Source: an uncultured delta proteobacterium | GTDB taxonomy: Bacteria; Myxococcota_A; Polyangia; Fen-1088 | Length of the DNA: 64,000 nt | Assembly: GCA_963796685.1 (NCBI GenBank) | Contig: CAWCMR010000008.1 | Location: 224,001 to 288,000, forward strand | Direction: 5' to 3' | Shown here: positions 62,549-64,000 of the stretch, one piece after another | Position numbering within the stretch: the first letter of the stretch is position 1 | How the letters are laid out: every line of letters begins with the position of its first letter | The notes under the pieces: generated by a model | The model's input: only the letters and a program-made list of their open reading frames with translations | Databases searched by the model: none | Told to the model about the DNA's origin: nothing | Position numbers and translations under genes: made by a program

Positions 62549-64000
62549 CTAGTTGGTGCCCCCGTCAGGCTGTACGGGCGGTGCCAAGGTGGTCAGCCAA
62601 AGGCCTGAGCGGTCGGAGTCCGTCCGGCCACGCACGACGTAGGCCGCGTAGGAGGTAGACAGGTCGGGGCCACCGCGCTCCGTCGCGTCGGAGACTCCCT
62701 GGGCGTAACGTGTCTGCACGCCCTTGTCGATATCCATATACACCAAGTCGCCCACGCTATCCTGTTGCGAGAAATTCAAGATGCCAAACAGAGCGTGGGC
62801 AGAGATCGAAACCGAGAGGATCGACTTGGCGATGAGGCGAAGACCGCTCGGCAAGGATCCGCTCTGATAGTCGGCGAAATAAAGATCGGAGCTTCCCCGG
62901 CCGAGGTGCGCCCAAAACACCAGGAGGGGACCGTGGTCGCCATCGGTGAAGAAGTAGCTTGCGCCGTTCTGGACATTCGCCAACAGCCCGGGTGGCGTCA
63001 CCATGGTGGGCGGCAGGTCGGTTTGATCGGCGTCCTGGAACATGAGTGGGCCTTGCACGCTCGTATCGTAGAGCGTGGCGGCCGCCGGCGAAATGTAGAC
63101 GAGGTATTTTCCGTCGGGTGTGAAGCTTGGCGTGAACAGGGGACCCACGAGCGTCCGCCGCCCGACGAGGTCGTTCTTGCCCGTGAAGACCCCATGTCCC
63201 TGGCTGTCGAGGATCAACCTTTCGTCGCTGTTCGGGCGATCCAGCGCCCCGCTGAGATTCACCAGCGGGCTTGGCAGAACCTCGAACGTGTCGTCGCCGG
63301 TATCCAGATTGAAGACGTGGAGCTCGGCCGGCGCGGTCGAGGTCGCGTTCTGCGAATAGGAGAAGGTGTTACCCGAAAAGCCACCCCAGCCCGACGGGTT
63401 GGGACGCGCGGGGGTCTTCTCGGCGCCGGTCTCGAGGTCGCGAACGACGGTCTTCGACTTGCCATTCTCGTTGACCGTGAGCGCGACGTAGTGCTCGTCC
63501 CCGCTGACCGAGAAGCTGAAGACATTGTCGCGCAGGGAATCGAGGGCATAGCTTGGCCGGTCGAGCCGCGTGAGGGTGTGTTGATCGTCGAGAAGGAAGT
63601 AGGCGTTCCGTCCCACCGTCTGAATCTGAAAGGAGCCGGCATCGGCGCCGAGGGGCAGGTGGTCCGTGCCGTCCCACAGCATGAGAGTAGGATACTTCTG
63701 CCCCGACTCCGTGGGGCGCTCGTAGAAGAGCTGCGGGCAGTTGCCCTGCAGGGTGGAAAATCCGGGACACGTGCGGCCAGCCGGCGGGTTGTCGTAGAGC
63801 GCGCCGAGGGGCACGGTGAAGCGCGTGTACCGCGCGATGCCTTCGAGGCGAAACTCCTCTTGCAGGGTCGACCCGAGCCGCACCAGAGAAGCCACCCTCG
63901 CCTGTCCGGCCGCGCTGTCGACGAGATGCTCGTCGACCATGAAGTAATCTTCGCCGGGACCGGGCGCCTGCTCTGGCCAGTAGTCGGAGCGATTGGCAAC
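62549..64000 (-). CDS. Hypothetical beta-rich (propeller-like) protein; 5' end lies outside the window
   Basis: The frame stays open to the window edge; TolB-like segments (FSVSGDEHYVA, SFTPDGKYLVY); ends 1 nt before the receptor start. Confidence 0.65.
   Translation of the reverse strand, partial: VANRSDYWPEQAPGPGEDYFMVDEHLVDSAAGQARVASLVRLGSTLQEEFRLEGIARYTRFTVPLGALYDNPPAGRTCPGFSTLQGNCPQLFYERPTESGQKYPTLMLWDGTDHLPLGADAGSFQIQTVGRNAYFLLDDQHTLTRLDRPSYALDSLRDNVFSFSVSGDEHYVALTVNENGKSKTVVRDLETGAEKTPARPNPSGWGGFSGNTFSYSQNATSTAPAELHVFNLDTGDDTFEVLPSPLVNLSGALDRPNSDERLILDSQGHGVFTGKNDLVGRRTLVGPLFTPSFTPDGKYLVYISPAAATLYDTSVQGPLMFQDADQTDLPPTMVTPPGLLANVQNGASYFFTDGDHGPLLVFWAHLGRGSSDLYFADYQSGSLPSGLRLIAKSILSVSISAHALFGILNFSQQDSVGDLVYMDIDKGVQTRYAQGVSDATERGGPDLSTSYAAYVVRGRTDSDRSGLWLTTLAPPVQPDGGTN

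Overview
GC-rich bacterial DNA, almost certainly Myxococcota (Polyangia-like), inferred from a GltC-like gliding protein, Myxococcus Cys-rich repeats, fibro-slime proteins, Gly/Ser-linker lipoproteins and a TIGR04551-like barrel. It holds about 44 genes. I saw no rRNA, tRNA, CRISPR array or transposase. All family calls come from motif recognition by eye, not from database searches. Highlights: (1) a bacterial homologue of plant phosphoglucan, water dikinase (PWD/GWD3), translationally coupled to a TIM-barrel metalloprotein (4421-8122); (2) an apparently circularly permuted GH45-like glycoside hydrolase lipoprotein next to a fibro-slime gene (49240-51943); (3) an mvhD-like/arsR/tusA/hdrA/hdrA/wHTH/qmoC-like/dsrE2 sulfur-redox operon with a non-canonical MvhD (18446-24731); (4) a palindromic repeat family with one copy sitting in-frame inside an M16 peptidase; (5) a 158-bp MITE with CTAG flanks abutting a truncated ECF sigma gene; (6) all eight single-base frameshifts found can be repaired at or right beside an AGCT tetranucleotide, which suggests methylation-driven long-read errors rather than true pseudogenes. 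Other genes include vapBC, a large S8 protease, ppc, czcCBA, a divergent hppA, nagZ, two GT-C glycosyltransferases and a TonB-dependent receptor.
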